Below, one piece after another: positions 20,601 to 28,092 of a DNA stretch of 64,000 bases (position 1 is the first letter of the stretch; each line of letters begins with the position of its first letter). The DNA is taken from the NCBI GenBank assembly GCA_050949645.1, contig JBMNGC010000001.1:558963-622962 (forward strand), read 5' to 3'. The DNA comes from Thermoguttaceae bacterium (GTDB taxonomy: Bacteria; Planctomycetota; Planctomycetia; Pirellulales; Thermoguttaceae). Made by a program: the position numbers and the translations under genes. The notes below the pieces were generated by a model. That model saw only the letters and a list, made by a program, of their open reading frames with translations, was not told the DNA's origin and made no database searches.

Positions 20601-20711
20601 AAGAACGAATTTGCAAAGGGCTATCACGAAGTCAAAGACGCGACGAGTAAGTTCTTCGCATCAGCGGCGCTTAACTCGGGCAGCGGCGGTTTTGGGCCGC
20701 CTTCAAGGTAG
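17643..20711 (+). CDS. HlyD/MacA-type periplasmic adaptor (membrane fusion protein) with a long C-terminal extension
   Basis: One N-terminal TM helix, then lipoyl/barrel-sandwich segments flanking a coiled-coil hairpin, then beta-barrel and MP domains up to about residue 480. A further ~540 aa follow, with G/P-rich tracts, coiled coil and two EF-hand loops. AAGGA lies upstream of the ATG. The gene sits directly upstream of the ABC ATPase and permease genes. Confidence 0.8.
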   Translation: MHTQIENQKGSRNRLALRSRQGKAIKILVTLLAVVVVVGGLAAWRLKASQSTKKVDLIFATAERGTFIHEVNGKGSAESALNVDVASQVEGQATVIYLIPEGTNVKKGELLVELDSSDVDEKLDSQVVTTNSSRATLNSSRATLRSAEISLEEYVEGTFEQSWMEYENTIFEAEQTRKQQADSARFTERLLNLNYSTELQYEIDKVAEEKAKNSLEVANLKKMTLLKYTSEKQITSLMSDIETARAKVDSDRNSYNINLSRENRYREISANCKIRAPQDGQVVYANQDSRRMSESDMIREGSTVRQRQVLIRLPDKTQMQVKTMINESNIASVKVGMPAKISFDSIPNRVIEGEVVKVSLYPEIVWMSSAKDYVTIVKINEDVDELRSGLTAQVRIVADEQPDVLMVPVHCVTEYGTKTYCITYENGVWGYKEVLLGESNEKQVIILDGLKEGDVVVTGARLYRDNVTFPDPSAPSEFENSEIYQQKLAEAKAQEEKNAEIESGAALQAEGAPGAGGFPGGLPGGLPGGDPRAMLAGLAERIKSGDVPQEMLDRLPPEVLEAVKGGGAELSADDLEEQQRLKEEAEESALEIETNLRRDVDIAAIKPFFNRTVMEMHRELLTAIEHKTSALQARIASRQNAITRRQEEIELLQKTSEAANVSDSAPSAPDNAEDTTAKIERLSNEIRKLRGDSDLPVLERVIYLEKIDWDQYISGNDVTLAAAKFLTENPDDIFDELFPNSEEVDVVAAVSDDSEKVALEATFEYDKEWMNDPSEGPTALDTSTVDYSAFLPLFKQWDTNQDDRLKPTEFVIGFFSDRKNFQNAEIDSNVEQLFAEYDPAAEPGAHKTSLTEIPMDVVATTADKILRERASNGDGSQGAGRGGRRGGAPGGRPGMGMPGDRGELDIAQAGPGRQGGMPVGQEGRPQRNAEEPDAGDLEGEPIDIALPDGKSPTNEPISSLVEAYSVRQAVALYVDRMDFNGDGILQKNEFAKGYHEVKDATSKFFASAALNSGSGGFGPPSR

Positions 20712-20768
20712 TGACCGACGAACGTTTTTACAATTTATTTTCAACCGATTTTTGGTCTGAAGAAACCA

Positions 20769-21509
20769 ATGTTTGGAAAAAAGAAAAAAAACGTTCTCGA
20801 AGCTAACGGCGGCGATCCTCCTTTGGCCGCTAGACTCGTTGGCGTGAAACGCGAGTACGTGCTTAAGGGTGAAACGGTCTATGCGCTTCGTGGCGTGGAC
20901 TTAGAGGTTCCGGTGGGCGATTACGTGGCGATCATGGGCGCGTCCGGGTCTGGTAAGAGTACGATGCTTAACCTTCTGGGATGTCTTGATCGTCCGACAT
21001 ACGGGAAAATCTGGTTGGGTAAAGACGACGTCAGCGTCTTGGACGACGACAGGCTTTCAGAGATTCGAGCGTCTCGCATTGGGTTCGTCTTTCAGTCGTA
21101 CAACCTTATCCAACAACTGACCGTAATCGAGAACATCGAGGTTCCGTTGTTTTATCAGAGGAACGCCTCGTTACGTTCTCGTCAACGATGCGTTGAACTT
21201 GCGACCATGGTTGGATTGGGAGAACGTCTCAACCACCGACCAACTCAGCTTTCCGGCGGTCAACAACAGCGTGTTGCTATCGCGCGGAGCTTAGTGAATG
21301 ATCCTTACTTTATCCTTGCGGACGAACCCACGGGCAACCTTGACTCGAAAACGACCGCAGAGATTCTGGATCTTTTGGACAAACTGAATAAACAGGGACG
21401 TACAATCATCCTTGTAACGCACGAGGACGACGTTGGCGCGCGGAGTAAGCGCATCGTTCGTTTGCGCGACGGAATGATCGAGTCTGACGTACGTTTGCGT
21501 CCTATTTGA
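20769..21509 (+). CDS. ABC transporter ATP-binding protein (MacB/LolD-type)
   Basis: Walker A GASGSGKST, Q-loop, signature LSGGQQQRVAIARSL, Walker B ILADEPTGNLD and H-loop VTHE. Confidence 0.9.
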   Translation: MFGKKKKNVLEANGGDPPLAARLVGVKREYVLKGETVYALRGVDLEVPVGDYVAIMGASGSGKSTMLNLLGCLDRPTYGKIWLGKDDVSVLDDDRLSEIRASRIGFVFQSYNLIQQLTVIENIEVPLFYQRNASLRSRQRCVELATMVGLGERLNHRPTQLSGGQQQRVAIARSLVNDPYFILADEPTGNLDSKTTAEILDLLDKLNKQGRTIILVTHEDDVGARSKRIVRLRDGMIESDVRLRPI

Positions 21510-21609
21510 TTTGTCACGCAGCACGTTGTAAAGCGACGCCAATGCGTCATGTTAATAACAATCCAAAGCTCCGAGCCTTTGAACGGCGCTTAAGTTTTGC
21601 AGGTTATCT

Positions 21610-22959
21610 TTGAAGATGGTACAAGCGTTCCGCACATTGATCACGGGTATCAAAAGTCTATATTTGCACCCGATGCGTTCGCTGTTGACGGTGCTTGGTA
21701 TTTTTATCGGCGTCGCGAGCGTAATTTGGCTCATGGCGATCGGCGAAGGTATCAGCCGTAAGGCGCAAGAGCAGATCGAAAGTTTAGGCGCTGACAATAT
21801 CATCGTTAGTACGATCAAGCCGCCGAACGAGGCTCTTTCATCCGGCTCCGGCGGATTCAGAATGCAGATTCCTGAGTATGGTCTTACGCGTAGCGATTTC
21901 GAGCGTCTGACCGAGACGATCCCAACAGTCGTTAACTCTGCGCCCGTTAAGGATTATCAGGAAACGTTTCAGAATGGACGTTGGAAGGTAGACGGACGAC
22001 TCGTTGGTTGTACAGCTTCTTACGTCGACGTCGTCAAGATCTCGATGTTCGACGGTCGGTTCTTTACGGACGAAGAAAATAAGATGGCGTGCGACTACTG
22101 CGTCTTAGGCGCGGGCGTAGCGTCGACGCTTTTTCCTTACGAAGAACCTCTTGGCAAGCTAATTCGAGTTGGCGACAACTACTATTATCGCGTCATTGGC
22201 ATTGCGGACGCTCGCGCTCCCTCCGCCGCTATTGGTAGCTCTTTGAAGTCGGAAGACTACTCTTACGACGTTTACATACCGCTCCAGACGATGCAGACGC
22301 GCGTTGGCGACACCGTTGTCGTGCGGCGGAGCGGTTCTCACGAGGGTGAAACTGTTCAACTCAAACAAATCACACTCAAAGTGAGGAGCGTCGCCGAGGT
22401 TATGCAGACCGCCGAGCTTATTAAGCTCATGCTTGATAAATACCATACGAAGTTTGACGATTATGGCGTGACCGTCCCCCTTGAGCTCCTTGAACAGGCG
22501 AAAACAACTCGAATGATGTTCAACGTTTTCATGGGGTTAATCGCGGGTATATCGCTTTTGGTCGGGGGTATCGGCATTATGAACATTATGCTCGCGACTG
22601 TTACGGAGCGAACGCGTGAGATCGGCATTCGCCGCGCGCTGGGCGCAAAACGCGGCGATATCATCCGTCAATTTCTGATCGAGACGGTTGTGCTGTCAGT
22701 CATTGGCGGCGGTCTTGGCGTTTTGGTTGGTCTGACGTGCTCGCCTGTTACAACATTCGCGATGGGCATGCTCAAACGAGCGAATCCTGAGCTTCTGGCC
22801 AGTCTTCCGACGATTGTTCAGGAACTCAAACCGATCATCGTCTTTTGGTCCGTGCCCCTCGCGTTCATGATCTCGATTATTATCGGCGTTGTGTTTGGCA
22901 TGTATCCCGCAATTCGCGCTGCTGAGATGGATCCGATCGAAGCGTTGCGGCACGAATGA
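21610..22959 (+). CDS. ABC transporter permease, MacB-like periplasmic core domain plus FtsX domain
   Basis: TM1, then a ~230-aa periplasmic domain, then three C-terminal TM helices with the FtsX-family motif ERTREIGIRRALGA. The track start is TTG 21610; ATG 21616 is an alternative. Confidence 0.9.
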   Translation: MKMVQAFRTLITGIKSLYLHPMRSLLTVLGIFIGVASVIWLMAIGEGISRKAQEQIESLGADNIIVSTIKPPNEALSSGSGGFRMQIPEYGLTRSDFERLTETIPTVVNSAPVKDYQETFQNGRWKVDGRLVGCTASYVDVVKISMFDGRFFTDEENKMACDYCVLGAGVASTLFPYEEPLGKLIRVGDNYYYRVIGIADARAPSAAIGSSLKSEDYSYDVYIPLQTMQTRVGDTVVVRRSGSHEGETVQLKQITLKVRSVAEVMQTAELIKLMLDKYHTKFDDYGVTVPLELLEQAKTTRMMFNVFMGLIAGISLLVGGIGIMNIMLATVTERTREIGIRRALGAKRGDIIRQFLIETVVLSVIGGGLGVLVGLTCSPVTTFAMGMLKRANPELLASLPTIVQELKPIIVFWSVPLAFMISIIIGVVFGMYPAIRAAEMDPIEALRHE

Positions 22960-22993
22960 TTCCATCCTTGCGATCGCAGCTGTTATTCAAAAA

Positions 22994-23025
22994 AACGTCG
23001 AACCGTTGATAAACGGTTCGACGTT
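22994..23025. terminator. Bidirectional intrinsic terminator between convergent genes
   Basis: Perfect 14-bp stem AACGTCGAACCGTT / AACGGTTCGACGTT with a 4-nt loop. An A-run lies upstream and a T-run downstream. Confidence 0.75.
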
Positions 23026-23088
23026 TTCTTTTCAGGGGACGTCTATAGATTCCGCCCAAAATTCAATTGACGTCAATCCGGCGTCGGT

Positions 23089-25161
23089 CTATTTTTCTTT
23101 CCAGATAAAGCGATAGTTGAAGCGACGATTTGGGGCGGTATCGCCAGCGACGCACAACGAGATCGGATCGACGAGTTCCGTCGGGTTATCGCTCCACTTA
23201 TAGTCGAAATTGATCTCGGCGGCTGTGGCGTTGAATGCTGCTCGAGGAACGATGACGACAAGACGCGTTCCTTCTACCGCGTAGTCGAGTTCTGCGACCT
23301 CCTCCCATGAGCCCCTGTTCTGGTCGTCTTCGTCGGCAACCCAGCGACAGAGGGTTGTTTTGGAACCGTCGATGACACGTTTGTTGATCAGATAATCGTA
23401 ACCGTACCAGCCGGTTTTGTAATCCTGGTCCGTGTTCACAAAGAGGAGCGCCCAGTTGGGATCGCTTGACGGAGTCCAGTCTTCTCGCGTCTCCGCCATG
23501 AAATACAGATTGTCTTTATCGACTCCGACTTTGCAGGCGACGAAGTCGTTTCGACCAGTCTTATTGACGTAGTGTTCGCCGCCGTAGCCTTTGGCGTCGC
23601 GATGAAATGTGTCGCCGATTGTGTCGCGATATTCGACGTCGACGCTATCCCAAGCCCGAAGCGCGTTCTTTGCGTCTGTCGAGTCGACGTCGACGTAGCC
23701 CAAGTTTTCAGGCGCTTTGCGTGCGCCCTTGAAACGACGGATATTCTGAACCGTCTGCATGTAGTAATTGTCTGTATATCCGCCCTTTGCAGGCTGGAGA
23801 GTGCGATTAAATTCGGCGTTGTACTGATCGACAAAAAAATACTGTTTTTCAGAGGTTCGATCTAAGAAGGTATTCAAGCCGTCGTTATGGTATTTACCCG
23901 CTGTCCACTCGTTCCAGTCGTTGAGGTAAATGATCTGAGGATCTGCCGCGAGCGCTTCGTCCCAGCGATCCTGATAATAGATACCGTAATTTTCAGGGCG
24001 CTCGACTGTCTTTCCGAGCCACGGAACGTAGGTTGGCTTCGGCATATCATGTTCGTCGAGCTCTGGTTCTCCTTTTTCGCGAGTCCATGATTTGCCAGTC
24101 TTAGATATCGGGTGCTGCGCAGGCGTGACGGCAGCTTCTTCTCTGACTCCGTTATGGAGTGAAACAAGATCCTTCGGATCCATTTCTGCGACCCTAGGGT
24201 CGTTAAGCTGGTAGCCGAACGACCAATTGTCTTCAGTTCCGACGTAACGTTTACCGTTCCATTCGTAATATCCCCACCACATACTGCGGAAGGTAAAGAA
24301 CTCCTTAACTTCCTTCGTATAATCTTGGTAGTTTTCTTCGCAATAATCTGGGTCCAGATAATGCGGATGATCGGGATTCGTTTTCGCGTCGGGGTCGTAG
24401 TTCGGGTTGGGCGAGACGTTGCCCGACGAATTGGCGTCAACCGACGGCGTCGGATTATAGAGAATCAGCGGTTTACCATCCCAATAGAACCACAAATCTT
24501 GATATTGGGGTTCCTTGTAGTAACGTTCGTAAAGCTGTTGAACAACGGTGATCGCGGGGCCATTGAAAGACCAGAAGCAGAATTGAGGGGTCTTATTGCC
24601 TTCTGCGCGCATTTTCTCCATTGTCGCAAAGAGCAGATCCCATTCCGGCCAATACAGCACGGCATTAGTAACGTCAAGGATAATAAAGTCGATCCCGGCG
24701 TCGACAAGTTCAGACATATCCTTACGGAAGATGTATTCGTCCTGACTAAGGAAGTATCCGGTTTCAGGTTCGCCCCAGTGAAAGGAACTGCTGTTGCGCC
24801 ACGCGGGATGATTCGTGTCAAAGCGCGCCTCTGGCGCTTCTTCGAGAATCTTAGTGACGTCGAGCTCATAAGGATGTGGAAGATTTGCCAGCCCCTGTCC
24901 ATGCCAGGTAACGTAGAAGACTCCGACCAAGCGATCATGGTCGGTTTTGAGATCGCCGACCTCGGCGTTTGTAGGCGTCGCGCGGTCGAGCGCGTCGACG
25001 GCGTACCAGGTATCGGAATAGAGATCGCGTTGAGTTTCCACGGGCTCAGCTGCCGAGACGTCATATAACAAACCGGCGCCAAAGAACCCGAGTGCGGTTA
25101 AGAATCCGCAGGTCATCTTGAAAAAACGGTAAAAACGACAAAACTGTTTTGAATTTTTCAT
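23089..25161 (-). CDS. Secreted protein of unknown function, glycoside-hydrolase-like (putative TIM-barrel region plus C-terminal beta-sandwich-like region)
   Basis: Signal peptide MKNSKQFCRFYRFFKMTCGFLTALGFFGAGLLYDVSAAEP; I prefer ATG at 25161 over the track start at 25218. The protein is aromatic-rich, with the segment VGVFYVTWHG...IDFIILDVTN, as in secreted carbohydrate-active enzymes. I cannot assign a family. Confidence 0.55.
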   Translation of the reverse strand: MKNSKQFCRFYRFFKMTCGFLTALGFFGAGLLYDVSAAEPVETQRDLYSDTWYAVDALDRATPTNAEVGDLKTDHDRLVGVFYVTWHGQGLANLPHPYELDVTKILEEAPEARFDTNHPAWRNSSSFHWGEPETGYFLSQDEYIFRKDMSELVDAGIDFIILDVTNAVLYWPEWDLLFATMEKMRAEGNKTPQFCFWSFNGPAITVVQQLYERYYKEPQYQDLWFYWDGKPLILYNPTPSVDANSSGNVSPNPNYDPDAKTNPDHPHYLDPDYCEENYQDYTKEVKEFFTFRSMWWGYYEWNGKRYVGTEDNWSFGYQLNDPRVAEMDPKDLVSLHNGVREEAAVTPAQHPISKTGKSWTREKGEPELDEHDMPKPTYVPWLGKTVERPENYGIYYQDRWDEALAADPQIIYLNDWNEWTAGKYHNDGLNTFLDRTSEKQYFFVDQYNAEFNRTLQPAKGGYTDNYYMQTVQNIRRFKGARKAPENLGYVDVDSTDAKNALRAWDSVDVEYRDTIGDTFHRDAKGYGGEHYVNKTGRNDFVACKVGVDKDNLYFMAETREDWTPSSDPNWALLFVNTDQDYKTGWYGYDYLINKRVIDGSKTTLCRWVADEDDQNRGSWEEVAELDYAVEGTRLVVIVPRAAFNATAAEINFDYKWSDNPTELVDPISLCVAGDTAPNRRFNYRFIWKEK

Positions 25162-25748
25162 GAAACCTGTTCCTGAATTTTGACCAGTAAAGAGAAGATA
25201 ATTTTTCCGTTTGTTCAATTATCTCTAGAGAAAAGTCCTTCGTCAAACAATTCGTGATTGTTCTCTGAGTTATAGGGTCAGTCTGGGAGTCGTTGCAGGC
25301 GTTGTTTCTCCTTTAAAAGGCATATTCAGAGCAATGCATTATTTTTTCATCTTCTCTGTAATCGTTTAAACATACTTAACAACGATTGGAAAATATCTCT
25401 TCGTGGGATTATTTTCAAACTCCACTATGAGCGACGTCCGATGAAGCAGAGCGTAATGATAGTCGTTTCTCCTGACGATTGACGTCGTGTTATCGGCGGA
25501 CGAGAAACGCTTAACGCTTAACGCATACCAGGGAGGCAGGGAATCTGTTTAACAGTTCAAGGATGAGCTTTTAATAAATTCTACGGATTTTTCTTTTTTA
25601 GCCGAAGGAAAAAACGTCTTCCCATATACGGAAATAATTGCTAACGTATCGTATCGTTTTACGTAGAGGGTTATGAGACGTTTGCAGCGGGCGAACGTCT
25701 TTCCCTGTTGTGTTGCGGGAAAAACGCAGCGCGTAACTGGCGATCAGG

Positions 25749-26564
25749 ATGATGAGCATGGAAGATCAGGCAACGGCAGCAGCGACGGAAGCGGAACGGA
25801 AGTTGCGCGAGATGTGGCGCGCTTACAAGGAATCAGAAGAAGGCGACGTTCGATTGAGAAATTGCATTATCGAGCGTTACATTCCTCTTGTTCGACGTCA
25901 CGCGATACGGATCCGAGCTAAGCTTCCACGGGAGATTCAACTCGACGACCTCATATCTGCAGGTACGGTCGGGCTCATTGACGCGATCCGTAATTTCGAT
26001 CCCGATCGAGGCGTAAAATTCGAAACGTTTTGTGTGCCGCGTGTCGAAGGCGCGATGTATGACGAACTACGCGCGATGGACTGGGCGCCGCGTATGGTGC
26101 GCTCGAAGACTTCAAAGCTCAAGGAGGCGGACAAGGTTCTTCTTGGCAAGTTTGGTCGCCGTCCATCGGAAGAAGAATTAGCGAATTTTCTCGAGTTACC
26201 CATCGACGACGTCCGACGGACGATTGTCGATTCTGGGCGAGTCAATATGTCAAGCCTCGATAGGAAGTGGCGCAGCTCTTCCGGCGACGGAGAAGTCGCC
26301 GAGATTGACGTGCTCCCCGATGAGCGGACTGAGGCGCCGACGGAGCGTCTCGAGCGCACCGAGATCATTCGTAAATGCACGCAGGGACTCACTCAAAAGG
26401 AAAGAATGATCATTATCCTCTATTACTTTGAGGAAATGACGATGAAAGAAATCGGCGCAACGCTTGATCTTAGCGAGAGTCGCGTGAGCCAGATGCATTC
26501 GGCAATTGTCAAACAAATGAAGAAACTCAACAGGAGTCTTCAGTATAATCGTTATAACCGTTGA
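25749..26564 (+). CDS. fliA: RNA polymerase sigma factor, FliA/WhiG (sigma-28) family
   Basis: Region 2 LIDAIRNFDPDRGVKFETFCVPRVEGAMYDELR, a region 3 segment, and the region 4 HTH EMTMKEIGATLDLSESRVSQMHSAIVKQM. Confidence 0.8.
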   Translation: MMSMEDQATAAATEAERKLREMWRAYKESEEGDVRLRNCIIERYIPLVRRHAIRIRAKLPREIQLDDLISAGTVGLIDAIRNFDPDRGVKFETFCVPRVEGAMYDELRAMDWAPRMVRSKTSKLKEADKVLLGKFGRRPSEEELANFLELPIDDVRRTIVDSGRVNMSSLDRKWRSSSGDGEVAEIDVLPDERTEAPTERLERTEIIRKCTQGLTQKERMIIILYYFEEMTMKEIGATLDLSESRVSQMHSAIVKQMKKLNRSLQYNRYNR

Positions 26565-26596
26565 TCTTAGGCGTTTGTCGCGAGCTCTTCATAGTG

Positions 26597-26635
26597 AATT
26601 CCCCTCCTGGATTTTGGACAGGCAGGGGAATTTTT
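26597..26635 (+). terminator. Intrinsic terminator of the sigma-factor gene
   Basis: 9-bp stem AATTCCCCT / AGGGGAATT followed by T5. Confidence 0.55.
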
Positions 26636-26673
26636 AAATTAAGAGCAAGCGGTTATTTTTAGTTAGTTGTAAT

Positions 26674-28092
26674 ATGAACGAACCACGTTTGGAAACGTTA
26701 GCAAATCTTTTTCCCGAGTGCGTTGTCAACGACGTCGATGAAAACGGAAACCAGACGCGCAGAATCGAGCCAGATCTTCTGGTTTGTGCAATTCAAAGGT
26801 TGCAAGGCGCGCGGATCGGCGAAGAACGATATGCGTTTACATGGCAGGGCAAAAAGGAGGCGGCGTTTGCCTCAACCTCCGCGACGGGAAAAGGGCTTGT
26901 TCCATGCAAGGAGGAAAGTGTTTTTTGGGATAAAACGAAAAATCTCTATATTGAGGGAGACAACCTTGACGCGTTGAAACTTCTGCGAACGGACTGGAAA
27001 GGTCGAATTAAAGTCGTCTATATCGATCCTCCCTATAACTCTGGCAACGACTTCGTTTACCACGACGATTTTCGCATTCGCAACAATGATCGGCGCTCTT
27101 CCGTGCAATCCGAGCAGGATCGTCTTCATTCAGCATGGTGTTCCATGTTTTACGCGCGCGCTCTTGTTGCCCGAGAACTGATTTCAGACGATGGGATCAT
27201 GCTCGTCTCGATCGACGACCGCGAACTTAGCAATGCACTGAAAATTCTAGACGAAATTTTTGGCGAATCGTCGCGTCTTGCAACGCTGGTCTGGAAGACA
27301 AAAAACGCCGCGATCGGCATGCCTCCCGCGTCGATGTGCGTTCGGAATCACGAGTATGTTCTCGCGTATGGTAAAGGACCTTCGAGTCGCTTTAAAGGCG
27401 AGCGAAGATCGGCGGCCGATGGATTTGCCAATCCGGATGGAGATCCGCGCGGACCGTGGAAACGTCAGTATTTGCAACGATTTGGACAAGGATTTCCGGT
27501 GAGAACCATCGTCGACCCCGCGACGGGAATCGCCTATACCTTTGAGACTCCTTATACCGAGACAAAGATGGTAAAGCTGGTTCAGGAAGGAAGAATTATT
27601 TTTCCAACGGAACCGAATAAATATCCTCTTCGCAAGGAGTTCTTTGCGGAATATGCCAACAAGAATAAACCGATCCTGACATTTCTCGGATATTACAGCA
27701 CAAAAGTTGGTAGCGAAGAGCTCAAGAAGCTTTTTGGCGGCGTTAAAGTCTTTGATTATCCGAAGCCGCTTGCGCTTATGATTGATCTTCTTCGCCAAAC
27801 GCTTGGGAAAAGCGGCGTTGTCCTTGATTTCTTTTCAGGTTCCGGCACAACTGGAAACGCCGTGATGGCTCTCAACGCGGCGGACGGTGGTTCGCGGCGT
27901 TTTATATGCGTTCAGAGCGCTGAAAAGTGCGCTCCCAATTCCGTTGCGTCCAAAGCGGGATTTGCTACGGTAAGCGACGTCGGGAAAGAAAGACTTCGTC
28001 TTGCAGGAATGAAAATCATGAAAGAAAAAACCGACGCCAGAAAGTTTCCCGACGTCGGTTTCAGAGTTTACAAAATCGCAGACGCTATTTAG
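26674..28092 (+). CDS. Beta-class DNA methyltransferase (N6-adenine/N4-cytosine, Type III Mod-like), solitary
   Basis: Motif IV DPPY (VVYIDPPYNSGNDF, 27025..27036) precedes motif I FxGxG (VLDFFSGSGTTG, 27829..27846). About 250 aa of variable region lie between them, which is the beta-class order. No adjacent restriction or helicase gene on either side. Confidence 0.85.
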   Translation: MNEPRLETLANLFPECVVNDVDENGNQTRRIEPDLLVCAIQRLQGARIGEERYAFTWQGKKEAAFASTSATGKGLVPCKEESVFWDKTKNLYIEGDNLDALKLLRTDWKGRIKVVYIDPPYNSGNDFVYHDDFRIRNNDRRSSVQSEQDRLHSAWCSMFYARALVARELISDDGIMLVSIDDRELSNALKILDEIFGESSRLATLVWKTKNAAIGMPPASMCVRNHEYVLAYGKGPSSRFKGERRSAADGFANPDGDPRGPWKRQYLQRFGQGFPVRTIVDPATGIAYTFETPYTETKMVKLVQEGRIIFPTEPNKYPLRKEFFAEYANKNKPILTFLGYYSTKVGSEELKKLFGGVKVFDYPKPLALMIDLLRQTLGKSGVVLDFFSGSGTTGNAVMALNAADGGSRRFICVQSAEKCAPNSVASKAGFATVSDVGKERLRLAGMKIMKEKTDARKFPDVGFRVYKIADAI

